Below, one piece after another: positions 40,794-55,379 of a stretch of DNA of 64,000 nt. Under the pieces are notes generated by a model. It ran no database searches, was not told the origin of the DNA, and was given only the letters and a program-made list of their open reading frames with translations. The translations under genes and the position numbers were made by a program. The stretch's first letter is position 1, and each line of letters opens with the position of its first letter. Source of the stretch: Octopus sinensis (taxonomy: Eukaryota); contig NC_043013.1 of the NCBI RefSeq assembly GCF_006345805.1, positions 12,152,001 to 12,216,000 on the forward strand. Direction: 5' to 3'.

Positions 40794-41645
40794 GCGTCGG
40801 TTAAAATGTAATGGGTATTTAGTCACGTCCCTTTAACCGTGAGGTGAAACCGACAAAGCGGATTTACTCTTCCATTATTATGGAGATTATATAATTAACA
40901 TTACTTGCTGGTATGGTCTTATCACCTGGAAGACCTGTTCTGTTGTCACTATACTTTAACTCTTCTCACTTAATCCTATTTGCATTCCATTCTATTTTAG
41001 GCTCTTTTACTCTTTTAATCTTTTTACTGGTGTGTGTGTGCATGTGTGTGAATCTGTGTCTGTATGTGTCTGTGTTGTGTGTGTGTCAGTGTCTGTATCT
41101 GTGTGCGTTTTTTCTTTCTTTGCTTTGCGACAGAGACTAGAGATCAGAAAAGCTAACTCGCAAGCCAAATCTCCAAAGATTTCCTGAATAAGAGGTTTTA
41201 GGCTTGAATTATCGAAATATAAGAAAATTAAAAACTATCTACGTACCTATATTTATCTATATTAGACAATGCTTAATGAAAGCTACACATATCAAATATA
41301 TATATTATATATATATATATATATATATGCACGCATGTGTGTGTTGTGCATATGTGTGTGTGTGTGTTAGTTGCAGTTGTTTATTGTAAGAAGACATAAG
41401 AACGACAAGGATTTTGTGTCTCAAGGTATAATTATACTGTAATTTGCACACTATCCCAAAAACAAAAACTGTGGTTGAAGAACTTATTTTTAAATAAGAT
41501 TTGAAAGCTTTATACTCTGTAAATGCGTAGAAGTTGACGTTTGAAGCGTGTGTAAACCATGTGTAAACTATAGTTAGAATTGCTTTATCTTTGTTGGTGT
41601 ATGTTAGTGCGTCTCCGTGTTGTTCCCGATGAAGTAAGCAATTGG

Positions 41646-41697
41646 CTTTACACAACATATTCGCGTGTCTATAGACACGCGAATATGTTGTGTAAAG
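41646..41697. repeat. Perfect 52-bp palindrome with no spacer
   Basis: ctttacacaacatattcgcgtgtcta|tagacacgcgaatatgttgtgtaaag. Confidence 0.97.
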
Positions 41698-41934
41698 TTT
41701 AAAAAATACCAATTATGTCTTCTGCATTCTTAGAATATGGCGTAAATTACTCGAATCCTTAGTCATGTGCTTTATCACGACATTTCTTGAATTGATTGAA
41801 CACAGCATCACTGGTCATTTTAGACCCAGGAGGCACAATTCTGTTGACTTCCTGTTGAACATTTTTACATTAACTTATATTTACGTCGAAGTGTTTTAGT
41901 TTTAAACGGCAATAGACGAAAGCGATATATATTC

Positions 41935-43250
<1,316 letters not shown>

Positions 43251-44384
43251 GTAGGTATGTATGTATGTATTACATATATTTCTGTGCTAATATGTGTGCA
43301 TACACCCTGTATATATCTATATGTGTGTGTGTGTGTACGTATTTAGTATTGATGCTACGTAACTTATATACGTAGATATGCGAGTGTATATACGTGTGTT
43401 TATTCATCGACATATGTAATGTATACACACGTATAAATGCACACGTGTCTACGCTTTATTAATATTGTATGTTTGTGTGTGCGTGTGTTTATTTCGGTTG
43501 GGGTATGTGCATCTGTATATATGTGTGCGTGAGTGTGTTGCTGCGTGTGTGTGCAAGTGTGTGTGTGTGTGTGTTAAAGTAAAAATTTTCTTATGTCTCA
43601 ACTTTCTTGTTCAAACTCCGTTTCAAAACTAGCTGCGACACAGTTTTGGTCCCCCCACCAAATTTCTTTCTCTCCTTCTTTCTCGCCTTCACCTTCACCT
43701 CTCTCTGTCTCTCTCTCTGTCTCTCTCTCTGTCTCTCTTTCTCTCTCCCTCTCTTCCTCTCTCTCTCTCTTGAGTGGAAATGGCACCGTGTTTTTGAAGG
43801 ATTTACCATTCTGAAGCAATAAATATTTAATGCTTTGGCAGAAACCAAAGTTGACGCTTTCTCATAAATTTTCATTTTTCACACGACTTGTTCCTCTGAG
43901 CTTAGCTTTAGAATATACCCAAATTGACTCAGATGGGTAATAGAGCATATAATCATGTTTTATATGTAAGTTTGTTCGTGTAGCGCGATAAAAATTATAA
44001 AGCGAGACTTCTATAAATTGGCTGACAGCGACGCGGTTTCGATTCTCGCAGAATTTTTATTAGAATATATTGCATATACAGATGCACGTATGTGTGGGGG
44101 CATATGTACGTGAAACAGAAAAAGAGAGAGAAAACGAGAGGAGGGAGGAGAAAAGAGAGAGAGAAAGGAGAGTAGCTACAGTGTGAACATCCCGAAACAA
44201 TCCTTCAATCTTCTATACTGGCTTACATAGCAGACTCAAAATGCCGCCTTCAGATGATGAGTGACGGAGGTGAGTAAGTATGGTTGCCTGAGCGTTCATG
44301 TTTTGTTGGTTATGTTTCAAGTTACGTATCTTTATATCTAAAAGTTTAACTTTAACATTTCGATATATATATATATATATATCG

Positions 44385-44479
44385 GTGCGGAAGTGGCTGA
44401 GTGGTAAGAGTAGCTTGCTTACTAACCACATGGTCTGGGGTTCAGTCCCACTGCGTGGCACCTTGGCCAAGTGTCTTCT
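44385..44479 (+). mobile_element. SINE family A 5' tRNA-like head only
   Basis: gaagtggctgagtggtaagagtagcttgcttactaaccacatggtctggggttcagtcccactgcgtggcaccttggccaagtgtcttct. Confidence 0.85.
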
Positions 44480-44539
44480 GATTAATCTGCTAGTAACATT
44501 GCTGTTTGATGTTACATTACTGTTATTACGGATATTAGG

Positions 44540-46250
44540 TCTAGGTATCATTATAGCCTCGTAGATGACACCTTCAGCCACGTATCGGCCTCCTTCCTTG
44601 TATTGTTTATGTTAGGTGCACAACTAAAGGAGACTCTTAGGTTCTGCCTTTTAAACAATTGCCTGTATCTATGTGCGTGTGTAAAATGTTTGTCAATGAA
44701 TTTAAGGAAAATCTTTCCCACACAAGTCTTGACGTTGAGTGAGAAGGATGGAGCAAACCAAATGACATTTCTGCGGAGCTTCCTTTTCCGGGTGCTAGGG
44801 ACAGGCATGTAGGAGATGCGGTCCTTAAACCCACTCATGCCAGTGCCACATTGTAGTAGGGGGTAGCAGCGTCTAAGATATGTTGGCTCGAGGATAGGTT
44901 CGAGATCTTCTTGCTTACACCTTTAACTAGGTTCTTGACAACTATAGGGACTAGTAGAAAGCTGTGCTAATATAAGACTGTCTCTCGTTTGACTTGTGAT
45001 AGGTCCTGTATGTACCAGAGCCCAGATCTAAAGTAATATCTAAAAAATTTACTTTGGTGAGATTAGTCTCAATGGTGATCTTCAGAACCCATTGAGCTAA
45101 GTCTATCGAACGTGTAGCCGTTGGCTCTTCTAGAGATGGATAGGGCGTCATCTCTGTAGAGATCGAAGAGGAACGAAGGAGATTTCTTCCCTAAGGAGTC
45201 TAGGATGTATAATACGATAAGATCACAGACGTTGGCGCTGTCATATGCTTCCGTAGCTACACCAAAGGAGCCCTTGTTCTTTGTGGAGAGTGGTTCTTCG
45301 ACGGAGTGATATTCCTGTTTGGCCAAAATAAATATTTAAGATCAAATCAAATTTCACCTGTACCTCGGAAAATTTAATCTATGTCATTACACCCCAGAAC
45401 ACCTCAGTGCAACAAAGAACGAATAAAGAGGCATGCATGATAACTCTCACTATCACTAATATCTGCGAAGCCCTTAGCAAAGGAAAGTACCTTCAATAAT
45501 AACTCTTTAGAAATAGATGGATAAAAATTCGACATTTTCTAACTGTAAATCTAGCCCTGCCTCTGTCCCGGTCGGCAATGAACCATGAGGTTAACTCGTT
45601 GTTGCTGCACCATAAAGCGGCGACTCGTGTGTCTTCTAATTTCTCAGTATATACTTCCTCTGTATATACTCGCCGAGCCAATCTCGGACTTAGCCAGTTT
45701 GAACAGGCGGCATTTGGGGTTAGATGACAAATTCGGCTTGTGATCTTTCAGAGTTATAAAAGCATCCCTCTTGGTCAAGATCATTACTCTATCTGCTACA
45801 CCTTAACTAATTGCTATTTGTTTAACCTCACAGTTAATGTTATTGTGTAGGGGAAAACACGCCTGTATTTTTGTGTGATTGAATCATATAAAAGCCTATC
45901 GTAAACATATGTATCTATCATATATAAGCATTGAAACTTATCCGAGAAGATTAAGGACCTGTTAGAATTTCTTATTTTATGTATATCTTCACGGAGTTTA
46001 CTTTGAAAAAGGGAAAAGGACTTACGGAATTTCAGCCTGAGTATTATGCCTAGTAGGTCCGCTTCGAAGGCCTCGAGTTCCTTTATTCTAGGTAGGAACT
46101 TCCTAGACTTGATATCGTGTGTATTAGCTTCAGAAGATGACGTGCTTTGGTAATAGAAAAACACCTTCTATCACATACGCCTCATAAGGTCTATCATTTT
46201 ATCCAGTAACATTTCCGTGCAGAAGTTGTGGGGAAATTATTTTGTAGAAT
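44540..46250 (-). mobile_element. Decayed Penelope-like retroelement RT ORF (Naiad-like), 3'-truncated
   Basis: Minus strand: KELEAFEADLL..KFRKSFSLFQSKLREDIHKI..FSDK; AFITLKDHKPN..NPKCRL..AKSEIG; LYRDDAL; VNFLDITLDL..YRTYHKSN; RRNVIWFAPSFSLNVKTCVGKIFLKFIDKHF..VSFSCAPN. Frameshifts and stops present. Clade assignment is inference. Confidence 0.85.
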
Positions 46251-46253
46251 ATA

Positions 46254-46418
46254 GGCGCAGGAGTGGCTGTGTGGTAAGTAGCTTGTTTACCAACCACATG
46301 GTTCCGGGTTCAGTCCCACTGCGTGGCACCTTGGGCAAGTGTCTTCTACTATAGCCTCGGGCCGACCAAAGCCATGTGAGTGGATTTGGTAGACAGAAAC
46401 TGAAAGAAGCCCGTCGTA

Positions 46419-46451
<33 letters not shown>

Positions 46452-46670
46452 GTGCGTGTGTGTTTTCGTGTGTCTGTGTTTGTCCCCCGAGCATTGCTTG
46501 ACAACCGATGCTGGTGTGCTTATGTCCCCGTTACTTAGCGGTTCGGCAAAAGAGACCGATAGAATAAGTCCTGGGCTTACAAAAGAATAAGTCCCGGGGT
46601 CGAGTTGCTCGATTAAAGGTGGTGCTCCACCATGGCCGCAGTCAAACGACTGAAACAAGTAAAAGAGTAA
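46254..46670 (+). mobile_element. SINE family A, full-length reference copy
   Basis: A-box tggctgtgtggtaa, B-box gggttcagtccc, central caccttgggcaagtgtc, internal (TA)(TG) tract, tail gactgaaacaagtaaaagagtaa. Confidence 0.93.
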
Positions 46671-46989
46671 ATATCCTAAATCGAAACGTTCCATGTTATC
46701 CTTGGAGTAGCAAGTGATATGTAGAAGCCCAGGGAACGGTGCAGTAATCAAGCGTAGACGATCCAGTGGTCTTCGTAAGATACTCTGTAACCGGGTGGCG
46801 TCCGGTTACAGACTCCTCATTAACGTTTTTTCGTATTCCTCGAGTTGTGAGTTTATTCTCAAGTCTGCGACGTAGATATTTTAGAATTTTGTATTCATAT
46901 AGAGTCTGACAAGCTATCCACAAGGCTTTGGCTTTGTGGGTGCTACACCTTGGGTAACTATATATGTTGTAATATATATGTGTCTGTGG

Positions 46990-47162
46990 TGGGGTGTATA
47001 GGTGCAAGTGTGGCTGCATGTTAAGAAGCTTGCTTCCCAACCACATGGTTCCAGGTCCAGTTCCACTGCATGGAAATTTGGGCACGTATTTTCCTGTGTA
47101 GCCTCGGGCCGACCAAAGCCTTGTTAGTGGATTTGGTAGATGGAAACTGAACGAAGCCTTTT
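46990..47162 (+). mobile_element. SINE family A 5' half
   Basis: gtggctgcatgttaagaagcttgcttcccaaccacatggttcc..gcctcgggccgaccaaagcc..ggatttggtagatggaaactga. Confidence 0.8.
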
Positions 47163-47163
47163 C

Positions 47164-47196
<33 letters not shown>

Positions 47197-47469
47197 GTAT
47201 GCATGTATACATGTATGTATATAGACATGTACATATGAATGAAAACGCATGTGTGTCTGTGTATGCGTGCATGTTTGTGCATATGTGTGCATGTTTGCAT
47301 ATGCCTGTGTATGTGTGCGCGGGTGCGTTTTTCGTCCAAAGGTCTTTCTGTGTAGGTGTAAAGATGCGCACACTAGCATCAAGAGACACATGAACGCAAA
47401 ACTATATGTGCACCTCTACTCACACACATATAGAAATATATATTTGCATGTTGTGGCATTATTTCAAGC

Positions 47470-47725
47470 TTTTTTTGCGCAAACTGCACGTGCATTTTTC
47501 TTGCGTACGCATAGTATCGATCGCAACAGCTGATGTATTTGCGCGTACAAATGCACGTTACCACAGCTTTGTCGATCGCATTCTCACCTGAAATCGATTT
47601 TTGTAATTTTTTCAAGACTTATACACACCCTGATACCGTCGGTATCTACATATCAAATTTGAGCGCAATCGGATGGAGGATGCCCGAGATCCTAGAAGAC
47701 ACACACACACACACAGACAGACAGT
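47470..47725 (+). mobile_element. Helitron/Helentron-type non-autonomous element (DINE-1-like)
   Basis: catatcaaatttgagcgcaatcggatg followed by (CA)n(GACA)n, the layout typical of DINE-1/HINE elements; assignment is inference. Confidence 0.45.
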
Positions 47726-47844
47726 CCCGCCGAAATTGACTTCGCCTTTCATCCGTTCGTGATCAATAAATTAAGTATCAGTGAAACGCTGGGGTGGATG
47801 TAATCGACTTATCCCTCTTCAAAGCTGCCCTTGTGGCAAACATT

Positions 47845-47870
47845 TGAAATCATTATTATTATTATTATTA

Positions 47871-47907
<37 letters not shown>

Positions 47908-47957
47908 CATTATTATTATTATTATTATTATCATTATTATTATTAAATACTATTATT

Positions 47958-48040
<83 letters not shown>
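47845..48040. repeat. (ATT)n microsatellite following a SINE B 3' half (47714-47845)
   Basis: Visible directly. Confidence 0.93.
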
Positions 48041-48959
48041 GCTGTTGTTGGGTGTATGTATACGCGTATTAAACTATACGCTATCATAGATCTATTTCAG
48101 CCGATCTTGCCAATATGTTTTGTAAGAGCTTTAGATTCGATTTGCTGTTATTACCCTAAGATACGTTGTAAAGTATTAGAATGATGTGCAAATGTGTTCA
48201 AGTCATGTCCAACCTATTCTATTCATCTGTGGAATATTGTTTATGGAGTATTACAATGTTCAATGAGTCTTCGCTTGAAACTGTTTTCTAGTACAGTTTG
48301 TTGGTTGTCTCGATACTGTTTTTAGAAGCCCGAGGAATCTGGTAGAGACTTCATTGTTTGCTCTTTCAGCACTCCGTTAACCATGATACTCTGAATTTAT
48401 AATCAAAGGTGTTTTACTCATTGCCATACCTTACCTTTTTTCAGGCATAGTGAATCTATGAATAAGCTATCGAATGTATTCTGTGATTTCTAGTAGGCTG
48501 TGCTGCCATGAAGTGACTCCTGTTTAGATCTTTCCATTATACAATGATAAATAACGTTGGTACGAATGCGCAAACATTTAGGACCAGGACATTCACCAGC
48601 TTGTCAGACCTAGTGCTGGGATGCTATTTTATTTTATCGACACAAGGAGAAAAAAAGGGCAAAAATGATCTCATCAGAATTTGAACATTGGGAAGTACAT
48701 CAATCGACCTGGTCCCAATGTCCTTCTCTGATATGAAATCAATATATCAGAGATAATTGTTACTGCGATAGCTGTTGACTGTTGTCACTGTTGTTTAAGT
48801 CCATTAGCTCTAATCAAGCTAATTAGCTCTAATCAAGCTAATTAGTTTTAATCAAGCAGACATATATGATCGACAGCATTTGAGCTATGATCTCCTGTCT
48901 GTTATATTTCTGTCTAAGAATACATCATACAGTACGTGTTCCTTTTATTTTTAAGAAAA

Positions 48960-49900
48960 TATGGTATTGATTCAGGGCGAATTTCTTCAGACTGAGTGAC
49001 AGCATTGAGACTCCTGCGGAGATACCTCTAGAAATTTACAGACAATATCCATTTACATGACGTCCGGTACCATCACTATAACGATATCCGCATAATACGC
49101 TACGGATCTCCTCATCCCAGCTAGAAAGTGTGCTATGCACCTCAACACCCGCTATATTCAAGAGCCATGGATCGACCGTACACACATACTGATAAGTCCA
49201 CCACTAAAACTTGAAGTGCAATGCAAAATGGTTCCAAGAAGTAATCATTCGCTCGAACTATCCACCTGCTGGTACAGTTCATAGCTATGGTTCAGCCTTT
49301 GAAAACGGGACCAAAACCGGCTACCCTGAGGACATCTGGTAAGTTATGATGGTCTGCATTATTTAAAGCTATCGACTATTCCAAATTGATCAGTTCCCTG
49401 TTGAAACAGATACTTATTCACACTTGCATGAAATACCTTTTGGAGGTTGCCTTAGATAAATCTCTATGGGAAATTTTCTGTTTGCACTTCCCTGATCAAA
49501 CAACCGAAGACAAAATCCAAGACTCTCCCTAGTATCTCAGCTTTGCATTCAGCAGAATTGTGAACCAGGCGTTATCGATTACTTTATCCATGTTCACATC
49601 TTTCTATAGTGTTATCACTTCCACCCACTGGTTTACAGAATTAAGAATATGTTTGATCTGCTTCTTGTTGAGATAGGCTTCTGCAAGGAGGTCACTGAAG
49701 TTTGGTATGCCTCGTACAGCACTTTGAGTACGCAATCCAAACTGGGAAATTTGCACCGAGGGCAAACAATCAAGTCTTCTGGTATTTCTCAGCAGTTACC
49801 CGGCTTTTTGGTTGTACCTTAAGTTTTCTGGCAAGAATCTCTGCGTCCATGAAGGAAACTAGCAATCTCAACATTCTTAGTTCAGTCGAACGTTTTGAAC
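48960..49900 (-). mobile_element. Heavily decayed Tx1/L1-clade RT fragment
   Basis: Minus strand: ILARKL..; ELINLE*SIALNNADHHNLPDVLRVAGFGPVFKG*..VRANDYFLEPFCI; RRSVAYYADIVIVMV, compared with consensus LINLDQSKAFDRVDH..AAGFGP..; AYADDV. Confidence 0.72.
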
Positions 49901-50190
49901 GCAAGAGAAAATGCTTTGTCTAATTACATTCAGCATCGTAAGAAAAAATTACACGAATGAACGAGTTGAATAACAGATGGACACAAGCAGAACTAAGATG
50001 ATACAACTTGTAGTTAAATTTGATGAAAAAAAATCTAAACACAAAATAATTAACAATAATTGTTGATCACTGAGAATTGTACGCCGAAAAGTCAAACGAA
50101 AAGAAAAGCAGTAAAGACTGGTGTTTCGAGGGATATTTTATTGAAGTAGAGTAAGAAGCAAGATAAAACAAACAAGGAAAGAAACAATAC

Positions 50191-50457
50191 CTGTTTGAAG
50201 CACTTTGTATTTTGGGGCTACGTTTAGTATGATGCTGTATGGCTGATTCATGCACACAAGTATTGAAGAAATCTAGTTTATCCTTGTTACAGAGTAACAA
50301 ACGTCTGGATGGTTCTATACGATTGTCACATTCATCCATGTTTGGGTTATCTGAACACAATTTCAGAATTTCACTAAAACTCGATTCTATAGCACGACTA
50401 GAATACGGAGTTAGACGTCCTCGGAAAAGAGTAGAAAATTGAAAAACTGCAGTCGTC
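50191..50457 (-). CDS. Candidate internal coding exon, unknown protein
   Basis: Stop-free minus frame (TTAVFQFSTLFRGRLTPYSS..EILKLCSDNPNMDEC..QSASNR), donor CAG|GTATTG at 50191/50190 followed by T-rich sequence; acceptor ambiguous (exon start 50457, 50446 or 50419). Confidence 0.38.
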
Positions 50458-50511
50458 CTGTTCCGATCGAAGAATCAATGGCCACTAGCATAGATGCTTG
50501 CTTTCACATCG

Positions 50512-50565
<54 letters not shown>

Positions 50566-50937
50566 ACATACACACATACACAGAACAATATACATATATT
50601 CATGCAGACACAGACAATATGTAAGACAATATATAACAAGTGTTTCAACAACTAGCAAAATAACAAACAATTGACATCAAGTCAGGAGACATATCTTGTT
50701 TCCGCTTCATTCATAATGTAATAAATATATATATATATACACACACTTACACACACACACATCGAGACACACAGATGCATGCACACATATACATAAATCA
50801 TAGAGAGATACATAGATATTGATATATAGTTATATATATATACATATATATATAACATTCATACATAAATATTTCTATATATGTATATATGTATATATAT
50901 ATATACATGTGTATATATATATATATATACATGTATG

Positions 50938-50988
<51 letters not shown>

Positions 50989-51399
50989 ATGCATGTACGT
51001 AGGTATATATTTACTTTTATATGTATATTCAGATATACACACGATGCGTCTTTGTATGTCGATTTCTAATTAATTATCAGTATGTGTATGGTCTGTGTAC
51101 ACAAACATATAAGCATAATCCCCATAAAACACTCACACACATATGTATTCATATATGTATATATATAATATATATCTGTAAATAGGTGTGTGTACGAATA
51201 TATACACGTATGCATGTATACATATATGATTTTATACACACGTATACACATGTATATATATATACACACATATACATGGATTATTTTACATTTATGAGTG
51301 TGTTGTGTTGTGTTTGCTAGCGACTTTGCGTATAGGCTTAGACGAATATAGATGACAGTATACAAATGTAAAAACAACATGAAATGTACGAAACTATAA

Positions 51400-51830
51400 A
51401 GAAAGAAAGAATAAAGAAAGAAAGAAAGAAAGAAAGTAAGAAAGAAAGGAAGAAAGGAAGGAAGATAGAAAGAAAGAAAGAAAGAAAGGAAGATAGATAG
51501 AAAGAGAGAAAGAAAGAAAGAAAGAAAGAAAGGAAGAAAGGAAGAGGAAAAGAAAAAAGGAGGGAAGAAGGGGAGGAGGAAAAAGAAGAAGAAGAAGAAG
51601 AGGAAGAAGAAGGAGTATAAAAAGAAGAAGAACAACAACAACAACAAAAAGAAGAAGAAGAAGAAGAAGAAGAAGAAGAAGAAAAATAAAAAATAGAAGA
51701 AGAAGAAGAAGAAGAAGAAGAAGAAGAAGAAGAAAAAATAAAAAATAGAAGAAGAAGAAGAAGAAGAAGAAGAAGAAGAAGAAGAAGAAGAAGAAGAAGA
51801 AGAAGAAGAAAGAAAAAAGAAGAAGGACAA
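51400..51830. repeat. (GAAA)n/(GAA)n polypurine tract
   Basis: Visible directly. Confidence 0.93.
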
Positions 51831-52389
51831 CAACAACAGCTACAAATGTCTACGGGTGTTTGAATTGATTAAATATCAAGCCGTATGCTTTGCAATTGTT
51901 TTCGCTTGTGTAATATCAGTCTGTAGGAATATGATTGAGTGAGAGAATTAAAGATTACAATTTTTTGGCGTGGTGTGGCAGGGTTGGAAGCATTCGATGG
52001 GTGGAGGGGGTGAGGTGGGGGTGGAGCTGAGACGCGGTTTGTTTTTGCTCTTCGTATAAATATTGTTAAATAAAGAAGAAAGCATACGAAATGAAACGAA
52101 AAGGAAAGGATGGCTTTAGAACAAGACAAAAAAAAAAGAGAAACGAAAACGAAGACAAGAAAATAGGACGAGAAGAAATTATAATAATAATAATAATATA
52201 ATAATAATAATAATAATAATGAGGAGGAGGATGATAATAATGATAATAATAATACTAATGAAATGGTAAATCAATAAAGTATACAAAGAAATAAGAATTT
52301 GAAAACTATGGTAAACATTGCATATTAAGAGCCCGGACGTTAAACAACACCATATTACACTGCGCTGAACATTGAAGATGTATATATGT

Positions 52390-52429
52390 ATCTTTTATAT
52401 ATATATATATATATATTATATATTATATA

Positions 52430-52491
<62 letters not shown>

Positions 52492-52969
52492 TATATATTA
52501 TATATAGATATATATATATATATATATGTATATATTATATATATTATAATATATATTTATGTGTGGGGTATACAAATAATATATACATATATATATATGT
52601 ACATAGGATACATACATACATGCACATATATATAAATGTATATATATGTATTTATATATGTATATATATATATGTAGGTATATTGATATGCATGTGTATG
52701 TGTGCATGTGCGCGTGTGTGTGCATATGTATGTGTTCATATATATATTTATATATATATATGCATGGTTTATATATGTATGCATATACATTTGTATGCAT
52801 GTAGTTGTCTTGATACGTATATATGTCGGTATGTGTGTAACTGTATACACGATGTATGTACTCATATATGTATAGTATGTATGTATATATATATATTTGT
52901 ATGTAAGTAAATGTGTATAAATATGAGTGTACGTACTGTATATATGTATGCACATTCGTATATGTATAC

Positions 52970-53007
<38 letters not shown>

Positions 53008-53370
53008 CGCATATGTAAATATATATATATATATACTCAGACTCACACACATACACACACATGTATATATATACACAAAGCTCCTATTACACATATATAA
53101 GTGTGTGTGCTTTTATATAGAGTACAGTGATTGTGATGTATATGTCGAGTGTTTATTGAATATCGATTATAGTAAGAATTTCAAATCTACATATCTCGTT
53201 TGTGGTTGAAAGGAGAAGACTAAGGAACACAGGAATCCAATAGCAAAGTCTTTTATAATTGAAAATATATTTCTTCATTACACATCACATATGCATACAT
53301 TTATACATATATACATACATACATATATACAGACATATATATATATAATAGAATGCGCATATATATATAT

Positions 53371-53410
<40 letters not shown>

Positions 53411-53473
53411 GTATATATGCTTATATATATATATACATATATATATATACATAGATATCTGTATGAATGTATG

Positions 53474-53513
<40 letters not shown>

Positions 53514-53746
53514 AAGAAAGAGAGAGAGAGAAAGACGAATGTTCGTACATATAGGGATAGATATATATGTATATAAGAATATGTGTTTCTATATATGTGT
53601 ATATGTATATATATATATATATATTATATATATATATATATATAGTTAGACAAATAGATACATGCATGCATACATACATACATAGATACATACATATATA
53701 CAAGCAGACATACATATATACTTACATATATATATATATATATATG

Positions 53747-53770
<24 letters not shown>
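52390..53770. repeat. (TA)n/(TG)n/(GA)n compound microsatellite block
   Basis: Visible directly. Confidence 0.92.
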
Positions 53771-53777
<7 letters not shown>

Positions 53778-53841
53778 ATACATATGGATACTATTATTTC
53801 TATTAATATTACTGCTATTGTTATTGAAAGTTGTGATAGTG

Positions 53842-53874
<33 letters not shown>

Positions 53875-54229
53875 ACCATCATCAGCACCATCATCATCAT
53901 CAACGTGGTCGTCATCATCATCATCATCATCATCATCATCGATATATGCATCATCGGCCTCATTATTGTTGTTGCAGATTACGTTGCTATTCTCTCTGCA
54001 GTCGTCATCATCGTCATCATCATCATCATCATCCTAATTATCTCTCTCGCCGACATCCTCCTCATCAATTTTACGATCACCCTCCTTTCCACCCCTCCCT
54101 TTCCTTCACCATCATCATCGTCTTCATCATATGTCCTTGTCGTCAACATCCTCGGCGTCATTTATATTACTTATTTTTGTTGCAGCTGCCGAATTCTACA
54201 CACGCTGTTGTGTGTGTTATATATATATA

Positions 54230-54289
<60 letters not shown>

Positions 54290-54582
54290 TATATATCTAT
54301 ATATATAAATATATATATAATGCATAATATATATATATATTTGTATATTATATATATTATATGCATATATATATGTGGTGTGTATATAATTATGTATTGT
54401 GTGTGAGTGTGTTTGTATGTATGTATACATATAAATTTATATTTATATACATATGTTTATATATATATATATATAATATATATGCGTGTGTATGCATGTA
54501 TGTATGTATGCAGTTATATTGCGTTTGTGTGAATGTATATCATCATGGGTGTCTGTGAATGTGTGCTTCTGCTTTTGTGTGT

Positions 54583-54627
<45 letters not shown>

Positions 54628-54820
54628 CTTTCGTATATTTCGGGTTTTTTGTGTTTTTATTTTCAGTGTTATTTTTAGTATTTTGTTTATCTTGTTAAAA
54701 CTCTCATTGTTGTGATCATCATAAACATCATGGTTATGCCCATCACTTTCGTCGTCCTCCTCATCACCATCATCATCATGAGCAGCAGCAGCAACAGCAT
54801 CAACACCACTGACATCATCG

Positions 54821-54858
<38 letters not shown>

Positions 54859-55379
54859 GTTGTCATTATTACCGCTACCTTCATCCTCATCATCCTTCTC
54901 CTTATCATCATCATCATCGTCATCACATCATCATCATCATCATCATCATCATCGTCATCGCCATCATCGCCATTATCACCATCATCATCATCATCTTTAG
55001 TTATTTTTCTTGGGTTGGGAGGCTGGGTTTTTCGGGGTTTCTTTGATTTTTATTTTCTTTGTAAATTCTACTTTTGCATGTTTCTCCTTCCATTTTATTT
55101 TTATTTATTTATTTATTTATTTGTTTGTTTATTTATTTGTTTGTTTATTTATTTAGAAAACTTTAGAAAATTGTTTCCTATTTAATAAGGAAACATGAAA
55201 TATCTTTGAAAAATATGGTAAAATTTCATCATCAACTACAAACTTTGTTTCTTGTATTGAAAGATGAAGGAATATTTGTCTGTGAATCATTTCGTTCTTC
55301 AATTTCAGCAAATTAAAATGAGTTTCTTATTATCAAAGCGTTGAACATATTAAAAATGAATCTAAAAATTTCACCGTTT

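Noticed and set aside
41305-41712. 135-aa minus-strand ORF
   Set aside because: No recognisable domain or convincing splice sites, and it spans the palindrome and a microsatellite.
46254-46330. tRNA gene (and similar heads in other SINE copies)
   Set aside because: A and B boxes continue straight into a SINE body; no complete cloverleaf.
48200-48360. GIY-YIG-like FKRRLIEH peptide on the minus strand
   Set aside because: Too short, and the preceding YIG motif is not recognisable.
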